DNA of 64,000 nucleotides from Geosiphon pyriformis uo1 (Eukaryota; Fungi; Glomeromycota). The DNA lies in the NCBI GenBank assembly GCA_016748015.1, contig JAAOMT010000523.1, positions 1,134,437 to 1,198,436 of the forward strand, read 5' to 3'. Below are positions 13,713 through 26,179 of the stretch, piece by piece (position 1 is the first letter of the stretch; each line of letters begins with the position of its first letter). Below the pieces are notes generated by a model, which did not search any database, had not been told where the DNA came from, and saw only the letters and a list, made by a program, of their open reading frames with translations. The translations under genes were made by a program, and so were the position numbers.

Positions 13713-15265
13713 ATGAGTAATTATTTATACTTGTTACAACAATTAGAAGAACACTTTGAAGCATACAACAAAAATGATCTAAACTTTATTGAACTCAATC
13801 CTTTGCCCTCCTACTTGATTTGCTTCTTCATTGAAAAACAATCCAGCAAACAATTTCAAGACTTTTGGAACTGGTTCCTGAATGAGCATTCAGCTAAAAT
13901 CTACACAGCTTATATAACCTATTACTTTAACCAAGCTTATTTTGAAGACAACTTTAAAGAAAGAAACAACAGTATTAATCAGCTCTTATATTCTACAACC
14001 TTTGAACAACAGCCTCCTGATTTCGAATATCTGAATCATCAAATTCACATTTGGATTGCTGCCCATCAATTAACTAAAACTCTTTTTGAAACAGAAGAAA
14101 AAAGTTATTAAACCACTTCTGTTTTTGATCTCTTTTCAAGTAAATCAGAACACTCCACACAAACAGTTACACCTGACTAATGGCTCAAAACCCTCTCCAA
14201 CAAAACATTTTAATTGCCCTCCAAGGTATACAGACTGCTTTAGGTTAAAAAAACAACACATTATTATCATTATTCAGAGGTAATACACAAGATCTAATTG
14301 AATAGCTAGATGATTTTGAGAGAGCTGCTACAGCAAACCAATATAATAATAAATACAAGTTCCAAATCATTGGTGGCTACCTCCAAGGCTCTTCTTTTAC
14401 TTGGTTTTTACAAGAAACCAATGCCAATGCTCAGCAAAAAATTATTAGATAGACATCAACAAATGTTAAAGAAGATAACATGTCTTTTACTACTTGGTTT
14501 GAAACAAAATTTAGAACTCCTAACTTGATATCCAAATGGCACATGGAATTAGAAAAAAGAACCCAAAGCCCAGAAGAAATAGTAACTGAATATGCTAAAG
14601 CCATTAGAAAACTAATTAAGTGTATAAACTTTGGTAAAAATTAGACAGAAAAGCAAAAAATTTATTCCTTTATAAAAGAATTGAGAACTGATTTCTCATA
14701 TGCTCTTTGGCCCCTCCTGGTCCTGAAAAATAATTCCACAATGGATATGGCCATTGAACTTGCTTAGAGAATAGAAGATAACCAAAAAATGCACTTAGGA
14801 TCTATTTTTCTAGTTTTTGCTCCTGCTCCTGCTATGGTTCCAGCTCCACAAATGGCTGCTACCTCTTTTGCCACTCACACTCAAGACCCCAATAAACAAT
14901 TAATAGACAGACTTACTGCTAACCTTGCTTGGCTATTAAAACCATTAGTCCAAGCAGTCAGAGACAACCAGCAATTCCAAAGACCCAGATTTGAATCTTG
15001 CTTCAATCAGTCCCAACAACCATCATATCAAAGACAACAAAATCATGACCCACCTGTATGCTATCATTGTGGACTAACTGGACACTTTTCCAGAGACTGT
15101 AACAATTCTCCATTGCCCTTTCCAGCTTCCAGAAATAATAACACCCAGAATAATAAACCCCACAATAATAATGTTCTCAATCAAAGACTCAATTATGCCA
15201 ACATCAATTTTTTTGGAGAGAATCCCCTAGTTGAAATCACTGTTTATTAGCCTTTAAACTGGTAG
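13713..15265 (+). pseudogene. gag: A1 gag (N-terminal extension, capsid, CCHC knuckle), broken by stops and frameshifts
   Basis: ORFs 13713-14111 and 14789-15250 with CYHCGLTGHFSRDC; colinear with A2 gag. Confidence 0.9.
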
Positions 15266-15290
15266 ACACATCTCCAAAGAGTGAGAGTAC
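15253..15290 (+). promoter_or_regulatory. -1 programmed ribosomal frameshift signal (T TTA AAC plus downstream stem)
   Basis: Gag frame reads CCT TTA AAC TGG TAG. The -1 frame TTT AAA CTG... is in frame with the pol ORF at 15349 (96 nt downstream). Identical geometry in A2 (30222-30216). Confidence 0.8.
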
Positions 15291-16948
15291 AAGCCAATCA
15301 GAAGAAAACTTTTTTTACACTTTTAATCTAACTGATAATAATCATAATATGGATGAACTGGCAATCAACATCTCTGACTTAACAAAAAAGAAAAAGAAGA
15401 CCAAGGTTGATTTTGTTCTAAATTCCAACAAAGCCTCAACTTCTGTTGATAACAACAATGAGCCACCAAAAGCTAAAGTTTTTAAAAATCCTCCAAAATT
15501 GGAACCTCCAGAAATTTTACAAAAATTTGAACCCTATTCTGTTGTTAAAAATCTCATGGAAATCCCAACACACATTATATTTGGCCAACTAATGACCCAT
15601 TTACAGTTCAGAAAAGATCTTCACAAATCCTTAATACCAAAGAAAAAGACACCAAAAACCAACAAGCACTCTCATCAAGCTGGACTTGCTGACAACAGCA
15701 ATGTTACTCCTCTGATTTGTAAAGCCCAAGTGGCTGGCTACTTCATTGATTTAATCCTAGACAGTGGATCATCTGTTAGTGTAATTGCCAAACACTTTTT
15801 GGAAGTCATTGGAAGAAAGATTGATGAACCTTCCACCCAGCCTATGACCAATATACATGATAACAAAAAGAAAGATCTGGGTATAGCCAAAGCTGTTTCT
15901 GTTTACATCAATAGTATTAGCATCGAAACAGACATGGAAGTATCTGAAGCAAAAGAGTATACTATTATTGTTGGTAATAAGTGGCTTAAGAAAGCCAAAG
16001 CACTACTTGATTATAAAGTTTGTGAATTAATCATTAAATATGATAAAAAACCCATTGTGGTTAAATGCTGTCATTGAACAACTCCTCTAACAACCAAACA
16101 AAACCAAGAAGAAAAACAATCAAATGAATTAAATAATGATAAGAGTAATGATAAAGATCAAAAAAAACCAGAAGAAACTGTTGAACTTGCCTATACCATC
16201 TTCACTAGCAATGGCAAAGCCACTGGACAATGTTAAAGCTGACAAAGAAGGAATCATGGTAAATGACAAGCTGATCTGCTGGTCTTATTATGATATTCTC
16301 AGAAGAATTTTTAACAGAAAACTTGGCAAAAAAGCCAAATACAGTTATTGGTGTATTGGCTCTTATACATAATACTGGTGTAATAAATTTTTGTATTCAC
16401 CAAGTAATAAATGCAAATTTTGCCTGATCTATTACAAAGATTGGAAACCAATTAGCTTGATACTTTAAGAAAAACTTAAAGAAATACAAAAGTTTTTTGA
16501 GAATGAACCATCTGAAATCCAATCACTAGTTGTAGAACAAAGAAAACCATTTTCCTGAAAAAAGAAAAATAGATATTGAAAATCTGTTGGCTAGAAATAG
16601 CCCAATTATTTCAAAAAAAGGTGACACCTCTGGATGAACCCATGTGATACAACACACCATCACCACCAAAGAAATTTGTCCCATCTATTTGAAGCCTTAT
16701 CAATCCAATTGACATAATAATAAATTTATTAAAAAAGAGATAAACCGGATAAAAAATCTTGGATTTATACAAAAAACCAAGAGTGAATGGACTTTTTCAG
16801 TTGTAGTGGTATTCAAGAAAGATAAAACTCTACACTTTTGTGTTGACTACTGCCAACTAAATGCCATTATTATAAGAGATATGTTCCCACTTTTCAAAAT
16901 TAATGCAATGCTAGATAAATTTAATGGTGCTGCTTTCTTCTCAACCAT
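15253..16948 (+). pseudogene. pol: A1 pol part 1: aspartic protease, Cys-rich linker, RT N-terminus
   Basis: LILDSGSSVSVI protease motif; RT start ends at ...FFSTI, where element B is inserted. Confidence 0.9.
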
Positions 16949-17808
16949 TGTTACAGATGATTATTTGGGGTATCAAGTCAAATAACAAATTCGTAACTTG
17001 GTGCTTGGTTGGTATTCTGGTGTTAATATCTGAAGATTTTGTTATAGAGTTTTTTGTATAATGAACAGAGATTTAATAGTTGTTTTCAGTAGTCTCCTGG
17101 AATTGCAATTCTATTAAATTTTTTTCTTAGCATAATGGCTGGTAATCTTGACAAAGATGCCCTTCTGGTAAGCTATCCTTAAATTCTCAATTCTTATATC
17201 CTTCCTTTGGGGTCTTTTATCAGACTATCTTTGATGTCAATAACTTAGCACTTAATCTTTAATCAGTTTAGTAAAACCAAAGAAACAACAAAAAGAAATA
17301 AAAGAAAATTAAAAAAGTAAATAAAAGCAATTACAAGTTAGTATTCTGTCAATAGCTGTGATCAAGAGCTATTGTTCCAGTATAGTTAAGTATCAAATAC
17401 TATCAACATAAAGTGTTGATAGCTAAAAGTAGATTGAGATAGTGAATAATTATTTATTCATATTTGTAATATGGAAGGTTTCTAACTGATGAATTCTGTC
17501 TTTTCTACTTTTAGCACTACTGCTATATATACATGATTTGGGTTCTATGAGATCACTCACATTCTCGAGCAATGTGCTATAATTTCTTAAGCAATGCTTA
17601 TATTGGTGAGCAATATGTCATATTTTTTTGATATTGTTCCACATTGCTGAGTGATGTGCTGTGATTTCTGATATTGCTCCACATTGTTAAGCAATATGCC
17701 ATAATTTTTAATATTGTTCCACATTGCTGAGCAATGTGCTCATGTGCTAACTACTACTTGCTTATTGATCTATTATTTTTCTATATTTGTTTTTTTTTAT
17801 AAGTAACA
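16949..17808 (-). repeat. 3' LTR of B (860 bp)
   Basis: TGTTAC...GTAACA termini; contains ~40-bp tandem units (ccacattgctgagcaatgtg...). Confidence 0.95.
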
Positions 17809-17822
17809 TTATCTCCTCCTTT

Positions 17823-18457
17823 TTAATATTGAGCTTTATCGAAATCTTTGTTTTGAATTAATTTTAATACTTTTTTTTCAAGTATTGTTTGTTTGACTCT
17901 GTTCCTCATGTCTTCTACTTGTGTATTGTTCATTCTTCCCTATTGGTTAATGGTTATGGTTTCCATGTCCGAGTGTAACAGTATTTCTGAATAGTTTTGA
18001 AATATGTTGTGTAGTCAGTACATTGTTCTAACATGTAGTGTTGAATTCATTTTTTTTCTGATAAATTTTTCAATTTGTTGTATTAAATCTTGGTTAAATA
18101 TTCTCTTGGATTTATTGATATACAACTCCTGAATATTCAACTTTTGACTTAATTGGTAGTAGCAATATGATATTAGAAGCTGTTCTGTCTATTGTTTTTA
18201 ATTTTTTTTGTAAGCTTTTCTGTTGGTGTCATAATAGGTATTTTTCCAAAAGTGTTCTTCACTTTTTCTATTAAGTTATCTGACCAATTTTTGTTATTCT
18301 TTGGTAACCACTGATATGGTATGTTTTTTGTCTTTCTTTTAGTGTTTTGATAGCAAATTGTTTGGTTGTTAATGATAATTTCCATGTCTAATTGTTGTTG
18401 ACTTAAGGTCTAAAACAGTTGTTGAGCTATAGTGTGAATATAATCTGGTATTTTCAT
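17823..18457 (-). pseudogene. B ORF3, unknown ~210-aa protein downstream of integrase
   Basis: Reconstructed MKIPDYIHTIAQQLF...EQLLISYCYYQLSQKL...RTMY(R)LHNIFQNY...ETITINQ(W)GRM...DKAQY*, with a few transition stops and small frameshifts; the stop abuts the PPT. Confidence 0.7.
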
Positions 18458-18599
18458 TTTCCTGGTTGCTTTTGTTACGTGTACTGTGCCTTTATATATT
18501 CTTTTGGTTGTTCAATTTGACATGTTTGGTTTAATAACTATGATTGGTTCCAGATCTTGTGGAATCTCATCTGGTTGAACTAGTATTCTTTGTACTTCT

Positions 18600-21500
18600 A
18601 GTTGTGGAATGTTATTGGTAGATAATGATGTTATCTGGTGATATTGTTTTAGTTGATCACCATGTGCTGCTTTGGCTAAGATTTTGTTGTCTCATCTTAA
18701 TTTATAAGCTCTATTTCCTAGAATTTCTTCTATGTGAAATGGTTCGTCTCATTTGGGGTTGAATTTTCCACTCTATTGTTTTTCCACTTTGGTGCGATAT
18801 AATAATACTTTGTCTCCAATTTTGAATTCAACTGGTTTATTTGATAGTTGGTTATTATGTCGTTCTTTTTGCTTTTCTTGTGACTTTTGGATATTGTCAG
18901 CTGCTCTTTGTCATTTGTTTTCCAAAGTTTCTATCAAGTTATATGTTCTTCTTAGCAACGTTTCCTGAAAATTATCTTCAGTTATTGGTTCTGTTGGATA
19001 AGTGTTGACTTCTATTTCAATTGGTAATGTTGCTGTTCTACTATATACTAGTTCAAATGGTGTTGTTTGTGTAGTGTTTTGCTTCATTGTCTGATAAGCA
19101 AATAATACTGATGGTATAAACAAATTTCATTTGTCTTGGTTTTCTTGACTGATTTTGGTGATTGCTTCACACAATGTTCTATTGAATCTTTCAACTAGTC
19201 CATTGGTTTGTGGATAATATGGTGATGATAATGGTCTTTTGATTCCAAATCTCTGACTTAATTCTGCTAATGTTTTGTTCACAAAGTGAGTTCTTTGATC
19301 TGATAATAGTTCTTTTGGACATCCATGTTAACAAATCAAATCTTGATGAACAAATTTGGCAATAGATTCTACATCTGCTCTTTGAATGGCTTTTGCTTCT
19401 GGCCATTTGGTGAGATAGTTCATGGCTATTGCAATATATCTGTTGCCTCTGCTAGTGATTGTTAATGGTCTGACTAAATTGATTCCAATATGGTTAAATG
19501 GTTGTTCCATTTTGATTGGTCTCAATAGTTCATTGGGTTTTGTTCCACCTCTTCTCTGGCAAGCATCACAATTTTGAACATATTGGATGATGTCTGGATA
19601 CATTGATGGCCAATAATATCTTTTTCTAGTTTTTTTCATGGTTGCTTCTTTATAAAAATGTCCTGCTGTTAAATTTGAGTGCATGTTGAATAATATTGTT
19701 TCTTTTTCTGGTTCTGTAATTACTCTGGTTGGTTGATCTGAATTTTTTCTGTTCTTTTGGTAAAGTATATTTTGATGATTGATAAAATATTTTGATTGTT
19801 GTTCTATGTTCTTTTGTTCTTTTTGAGATAATTTCTCCTTGAACAATTGGGTATTTATATAATGTTGGAGTTGTTGGTATTTTTGTGTATTTATCTTTTG
19901 TTATATTTTTGGGTTGAAATGTTTTTTTTTTAGATTTGTCTCATTTGTGACAATTTGTCAGCATTTCCATTGTCTTTTCCTTTTTTATAATGTACTGTGT
20001 AATTAAATAGTGAAAGTTTTATTTTCTATCTGACATAGCAATTATCTGCAAATTCTTGTTTCTGGATTGAAGTCAATCTCTTGTGATCCATATATATTTC
20101 AAACTTTTGGCTCAAGTATTCTCTCTATTTCATGACTGCCTAATAGATTGCTAAATGATTCAGTGCTGATGTTCTATAGTTCTTTTTGGCTGGACTTAGG
20201 CTTCTACTGGTGTAAGCTACTGGATGTTCTTTTCTATCTGGTCTTTTTTGTAATAGTACTGCTCCCAATGCTTGGCCTAATGCATCAGTGGTGATAATGA
20301 ATGGTTTGCTGTAATCTGAATACATCAATACTAGAGCTTGGATAAGCTTTCTTCTTAATGTGTCAAATATTTTTTGTTAAGCTTCAGTCCATTCATACTT
20401 TACATTCTTGGTTTGTAGCTAGTAAAATGGCTGAGCTAGTTTGGAAAAATTCTTGATAAAGTGGCAATAATAGCCTGCGAATTCCAAAAATGCCCTTAGT
20501 TCTGGCAAGTTTGTTGATACTGGAAAGTTCTTTACTATTGCAATTTTATCTGGATCTGTTTTGATGCTATTTTTGCTCATGACATGTCCCAAGAATTTTA
20601 GTTCTGTTTTTTCAAAAAAGCATTTGTTGGTATTTAGTTTCAATCCTGCTTGTCTGAGTTTTTCAAATACTTATTGGAGATAATGTAAATGGTCATCAAA
20701 TGTCTTAGAAAATACATTTGTGTTGTTTAAGTATATGACTACTGATTTCCATAATAATTTAGTATAGACAATTTTCATGAGCCATTGGAATGTTACTGGA
20801 GCATTTATCAAGCCAAATGACATGACTTCAAATTTGAAATTTCCTTCTCTTGTCGTGAATACAGTCTTTTCTTTGTTGACTGGGTCCATGGCTACTTGCC
20901 AATAACCACTATCTAAATCTAGTGTCAAGAACCATTTGTTTCCTCCAAAAGCATCAAATAGTTCTTGGATTTTTGAAGTTGGATAACTATTACTTTTGGT
21001 CACTCCATTCAGTTTCTAATAATCTCATGGCTGGCTGATAGTACTCTGTATGCTTTTTGTTTAATTGGCATTGCATCTTCAGTTTTGATCTAATGCTGAA
21101 TGATATTGGTGTGGCCAAATTCATTTTTGCTAGCAAAGATGTCATTGAAATTGCTAAGTAACATTTTTAGTTGCATTTGTTAAAGTAGATCTAAATTTTT
21201 TATGTTTATCTGTTCTAATTGTTCTGGTTGGAGCAGATAACATTCGCTTCACCCATAGATGGTTTGTGATGTGATGTCCACATATTCACACAGCTGTGGA
21301 AAATCTGGTATATGGTTTGGTGGTTGATCCTTAACTTCAGTGGTTAAGTATCCAATAATAGTTTCCTTTGGTATTTCAATAACACTTCCTGTTATGTTGT
21401 AAATAGAAATTTTGATATTCTTGGGGTTATTGGCTAATATGTAGAGATTGGTGAGTCCAATTTTTTCTGATTTGTAAATGGTAGCTTCTGCTTCAAACAA
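18600..21500 (-). pseudogene. pol: B pol: RT, RNase H, integrase (HHCC, DDE core, GPF-like motif)
   Basis: LDLDSGYWQV and YLNN(=YLDD) in 20671-21003; TTDAL...HPVAYTSRSL RNase H; H..GH...CDACQ integrase in 19328-19846. Confidence 0.92.
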
Positions 21501-21699
21501 CTAAGCTTGATTTTTTACTTCTCTTTTTATAGCTAACATATACTGGTCATATGATGGAATGGAAATTGTTTGACAGTTTGAGATAATTTCTCCTTTGCCA
21601 ACAATTTTTTCCTCTGCCATATTGACTGGTATGTCTATTTTACTCATTGATCCAAATTCCTGTATTCCTCTAACAGTAATTCCTAATTTTTCCCTGTTT

Positions 21700-22060
21700 C
21701 TCACTAACACTAACTGTGCTATTTTCACCAGAGGTAGGAATATTGTCTGTGCTATTTTTTCATTTGGATCTATGATATATGCTTTTTCTGAGTCATTTTG
21801 TAGCATAGCAATGATATTTCCTACATATTCTGCATCAATTATTTCTCCTTTGATGTGGATTCTCTTTTTTGCTAGGCTATTCCTAGATGTTAATTGAACT
21901 ATTGTTGTTGCTGGAATTTCCAGTGTTATTTTCAGATCAATGCAAGTGCACGAATGTGGTTCCAATTTGAGGGAATCTTTTCCTGGATATCTCAGATCAA
22001 ACCTTGCATCAGTATTGTGTATGCATTCTGGCATAATACCTTTGCCATTATTGCTGAACC
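21700..22060 (-). pseudogene. dut: dUTPase domain within B pol
   Basis: Mutated motifs I-IV: DARFDL (DAGFDL), SRNSLA (SRSSLA), GEIIDAEYVG (GIIDAGYxG), EKIAQTIF. Confidence 0.9.
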
Positions 22061-22299
22061 ATTTAAGTTTCTGTTCCTTGGTAAGATCAGAAAGTGTGAT
22101 AAATGTTTTGGGGTATGAATTGGAGTTTGAATTGTCATAATTTTTGTTGCTAATTGGAGCAGAGCTGGAATCATTGTTTTTGTCGTCATTGTTGTCAGAG
22201 TTTGAATTGGGATTGAAAACTGATTCCAATTCCGATGCACAGCTGCTGATTGGTTCTTTTTTCTCTGAGATTGTGTAGATCATGTGGATGGGTGGATTG

Positions 22300-23915
22300 T
22301 AAATGAGATTACACTCATTACAATATTGAAAGTCACAGGGAATCAAACAATGGTCACATAGTCGAGTGTTGATTTTTTCCAACCATTGCTCTTGTTCCTT
22401 TCTTGTTGGTGTCAAATTTTGGTAGTGCTTGTGAAATTTTTCTGGGCCTGCTTTCAAGTCCAAGAAAGCATCTGGATTGAGAATCAGAACAATGTTAACT
22501 GGCTCCAGAGGGTTGTTCTTGATTTCCAATATTTCACTAGGCATGGCTTCTTCAATTTTGGCATTTGCTATCTACCAGATCTTGTTCTTATCATGGGGAT
22601 ACCCATCCAAGCAATTGATTGCTTAGTGTCAGGCTGCAGTAATAAACATTCCACAACTCACCTAGTTGCTGATAAGTATCATGTATTGGCATGAAGCATT
22701 GCACATTCCCTCTCACCCAGGAATGTTGTTCCACATTCTTTTATTGAGTAATTGTTCACTGTAAGCAAGACATAGTTCATTGTTCCACTTGCCTTGCCTT
22801 TTTGGGTAGCCATATTGTTCATGGTGGCAAGGCTTGCAATAGTAGTGTGTTCTTGTCTAATAGTCTTTGTTAAGGGCAACCCAGGCTCCCATGGAGGACA
22901 ATTTCTTTCTGCAGTCCTTGTATTTAAGAGATATATATGGTGGTTTCTTTATTGGTTCATGTAAGTATTCTCTTTCCCAGCCACTAGTTAATTCTTCTGT
23001 GGTGGTGGTGTTTTCCAGTATATCTTCTTCTTTTTCTTTTCCTTTCTCTTTGTCTCTTTCTTCCCAGTCTAGAATTGGTGGCATCTCGCTTTGGTTGTCA
23101 TCAGTCCAAGCATCGATGATGGTTCTCCAGGTATGTTCTTCTCATTGTTTCTTCTTTCTTTCGTCATTATTGTCCCAAACAAGTATTGGCAGTAGTTTAT
23201 TGTGGTCGACATCAGCCCATAAGACCTGATATGCTTCTCATGTTGGTTTTGGCTTTTCTTCCTCGAAGTTGATAAGTGGTACTGGTATGTTGGTGGTCTT
23301 GAAATGACCACACATGGCTGGTACACATGTGTGTTAACCGTTCTGGCTGAGTTGAAGCTCCTGCATGTTCCAATCAAGCATTGCATTGGTTTTGGACAGC
23401 CAGTTATTACCAACTAGAGCTTGGTATTGAGTGGCTTCTATGACTAGTACTTTGATTGATATAATGATGCCATTGACTTCAATAGAGAAGTCATCAATCT
23501 CACCAATGAGAGTTTTAGTTGCTCCATCAGCTGTGATGATTCTAGCACTGGCTGCATGATCAACTCAGTGATCTAATTGGTCTATAAGTTGTTTTGTAAT
23601 AATACTGCCAGCTAATCTACTATCTAGAATCAGTTTGATAAAGTGGCCATTGACTTTGGCATCAGTGTACATAACAGTGATTGATCTGGTGTTAAGAGCG
23701 GCTCCACTGAATAATGGGACTGGTGTAGTTTCTTCAAGTTTAAATGGAAAGATTGCTGCTAGTGATTCGTCATTGGTGATGGTGGCTGGAGGTATGTTGT
23801 TGGTAAGTGATTGTTTTTGGTTGGTTTTCAGATTATTGGATAAGATGTCTTTTGGGGTAACCAAAAAACTTAAATAGTTCTGGAAATTCAGGTTTTGGGC
23901 ATACTCGGTGCCCAA
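22300..23915 (-). pseudogene. B protease plus Cys-rich (CxxC) insert
   Basis: LILDS(R/G)LAGSII protease motif at ~23610-23640; then (C)KDC, YYCKPC, CLA(C), CNASC and CDHC-x3-C-x4-CNEC. Confidence 0.8.
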
Positions 23916-24828
23916 ATTCCATGGTCAAGATCCTGATGGTTGTGCCATAAAACTGGGGATCAGTTGATAAACTACCATCAACAATCTCTAGCTTTGCTGT
24001 GTTAGTCTCAGCCTTTGAGTTCCACTTTGAGGTAAGTTCTGTGGTGGTGTTTGATGTTGTTGGGGCAAATAATTTACCTAAGACTACAGCTGATAATTGG
24101 GTTGGGACAGTGGTTGATAAATTGATGCTGGAGGCTAATAGACTGGAGGTGAGTATAATTGCTGCATCATTGGGGTTTGATATATTGGCTGCATCATTGG
24201 TAAGTAATCTTGTTAATATAGAGCTGGATTTGATTGATTATTAATGTAATTCTGAGTTCAGAGTTGGTGATCAGAGTTTCGATACTGATTAACTAATCTC
24301 TGGTTGCTTATTTTTTTTCGACATTCAAATTGTAAATGTTCTTATTTACCACAATAATGGCAAGCACATGTCTCCTGCTGTCACTATTAATTGGTCAAGG
24401 ATATTGAATGCGACTGATTCTGGAAACAATCCATGTTTCCAGAATTATTGCATCATTGTGGTGATTGATATATTGTGTGATTGTCAGCTAAGTATTTTTC
24501 CAATTTCTGATTAATTGAATCACTGAATTGTTTCAATTTGGAATCCAATTCAGATGATCCATTCATGACCAGGTTTATGGCTTAGGCATGATTGGCTTCT
24601 AGTTCAGCTGTTTTGAAATCTTATATATTGGTAACTGCATCCTGAAGAGTTTGTGCATGCATTGGGCATACATGTTGGAAGATGCTACTGTACAAGCCTC
24701 TAATAAATTGGTTTAGGATTTGTGGTGTTGTAAAATAGTCAGCCTAAATTGCTTGAATCGGGCACAGATTCTATGAAAGCATCTTAAGTAAGTAGTGACT
24801 GCTTCATTTTTCTCTTGCTTGATGGTGG
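23916..24828 (-). pseudogene. gag: B gag C-terminal part (CCHC knuckle, Gln/Pro-rich); appears to read straight into pol
   Basis: ACHYCGK.(G)HLQFEC at ~24320-24370; continues gag 33767-32484 across the A2 insertion. Confidence 0.8.
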
Positions 24829-25453
24829 TGTTACAGATTGGAGTAACAAGCTAATGGATAGCAAGGAAGAACAGGATTGTAGGGTGATGGAAATAATCAA
24901 AGAGGAATTCAACTTTAAAGAGTGAATTGAATAAGTATGGATTTAATGTGTGAGATCAGTCTCATAAAATATCTCAGTCGCTATTCTTTTTAAAGGTAAC
25001 TGAAGAATCTGAAGGTAGAGAGATAGTCCATACTGTCAACAATTGATCACTGTTGGTATTAATTTTATGCCTTTATGTTGGTGCTCTTAGAATTCAATAT
25101 CAGGTATCAACTTGTGCTTTTCAGTCATGTTTATACAAATAGTCTTCAAATACTACAATTATTCAAACAGGAAAAAGCCAATAAGTAATCTTTTATCTTA
25201 AAATGTTCGGATACTTGAAGGTAGGGAAAGAGAAATTGGCGATAAGAGAGTGATTAAGATGAAAGTTGTTATTTTTATTTATTTGATTCTTGTTTGAAAG
25301 ATGATTTTCTACAGCTAAAAGACTTATTGCTTATATAGCTATTGAAAATGGTCAATGACCAGGTTAATGACTAGGTCAATGATCAGGTCAACGATCACTA
25401 TCTAAAAATAGAGTGGTTAATTATATGATATTAGTGGCTAATACATGTGATAA

Positions 25454-26110
25454 CTAATAAAATTTATGGGTTTCAACCATAATATTATCCTTTCCAAAGA
25501 GATTGAGCTCTGGTGAAATCAAGCTATTTATAAGATATTCTAATTGAAGGGTTTTGTCTAACTCAAAACTAACTAGTTTGTTGAAGTCTTTTATAGATAG
25601 AGTGTATAGTACTTGAGGCAAAATAAGCTTTGTATCCAAGAGACCAAATCTTTGTATAAGAGTTTTGGTTCTTCTTGCAATGATCAAAACTCTTGGGACA
25701 TCTAAACATATAATGCCCAAAATTTTCACTTGTATCTCTGAAGTTGTTTTTTTCATGAGCTTCATTTCTTCTATAATTTCACCAAGACAACCATAGAGTT
25801 CTAGTTGTCTTCTATATGACAAGTATTTGTCTATGGGCAAGATTTCCTTAATCATTTTTCCAATTGTCATGGAAGGTGTAAGTATTGTTGCTGTTATGCT
25901 TTCCAGCAAATACTTATCCATTTTGCTACCAATTCTTTCTCTTCTGGTAGTGGTTTTTTTTGGTCTAATAACAGTATGTTCCATTGTTATTAGTTATGGT
26001 AGTTTGTTTTCCAATGGTCAGAGTAGTATTTGGATAATTTTTAATTCAGTATTTATGGAGAGTATAGAAAGCATTTTAAATGTTTTGATCTAAGAAATAA
26101 TTGTTCATAT
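25454..26110 (-). pseudogene. A2 ORF3, unknown protein running through the PPT into the 3' LTR
   Basis: 176-aa open stretch 25454-25984; upstream MNNYFLDQNI... is joined via a 2-nt deletion relative to A1. Confidence 0.8.
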
Positions 26111-26179
26111 TGATTGAAGATACCTCTGTTTTGGGAATGGTGCATTTATTTATATCTGATTTTTGATCATTTGGGTCAG

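Noticed and set aside
25454-25984. ORF3 as an env gene
   Set aside because: Too short, with no signal peptide, TM helix or furin site visible.
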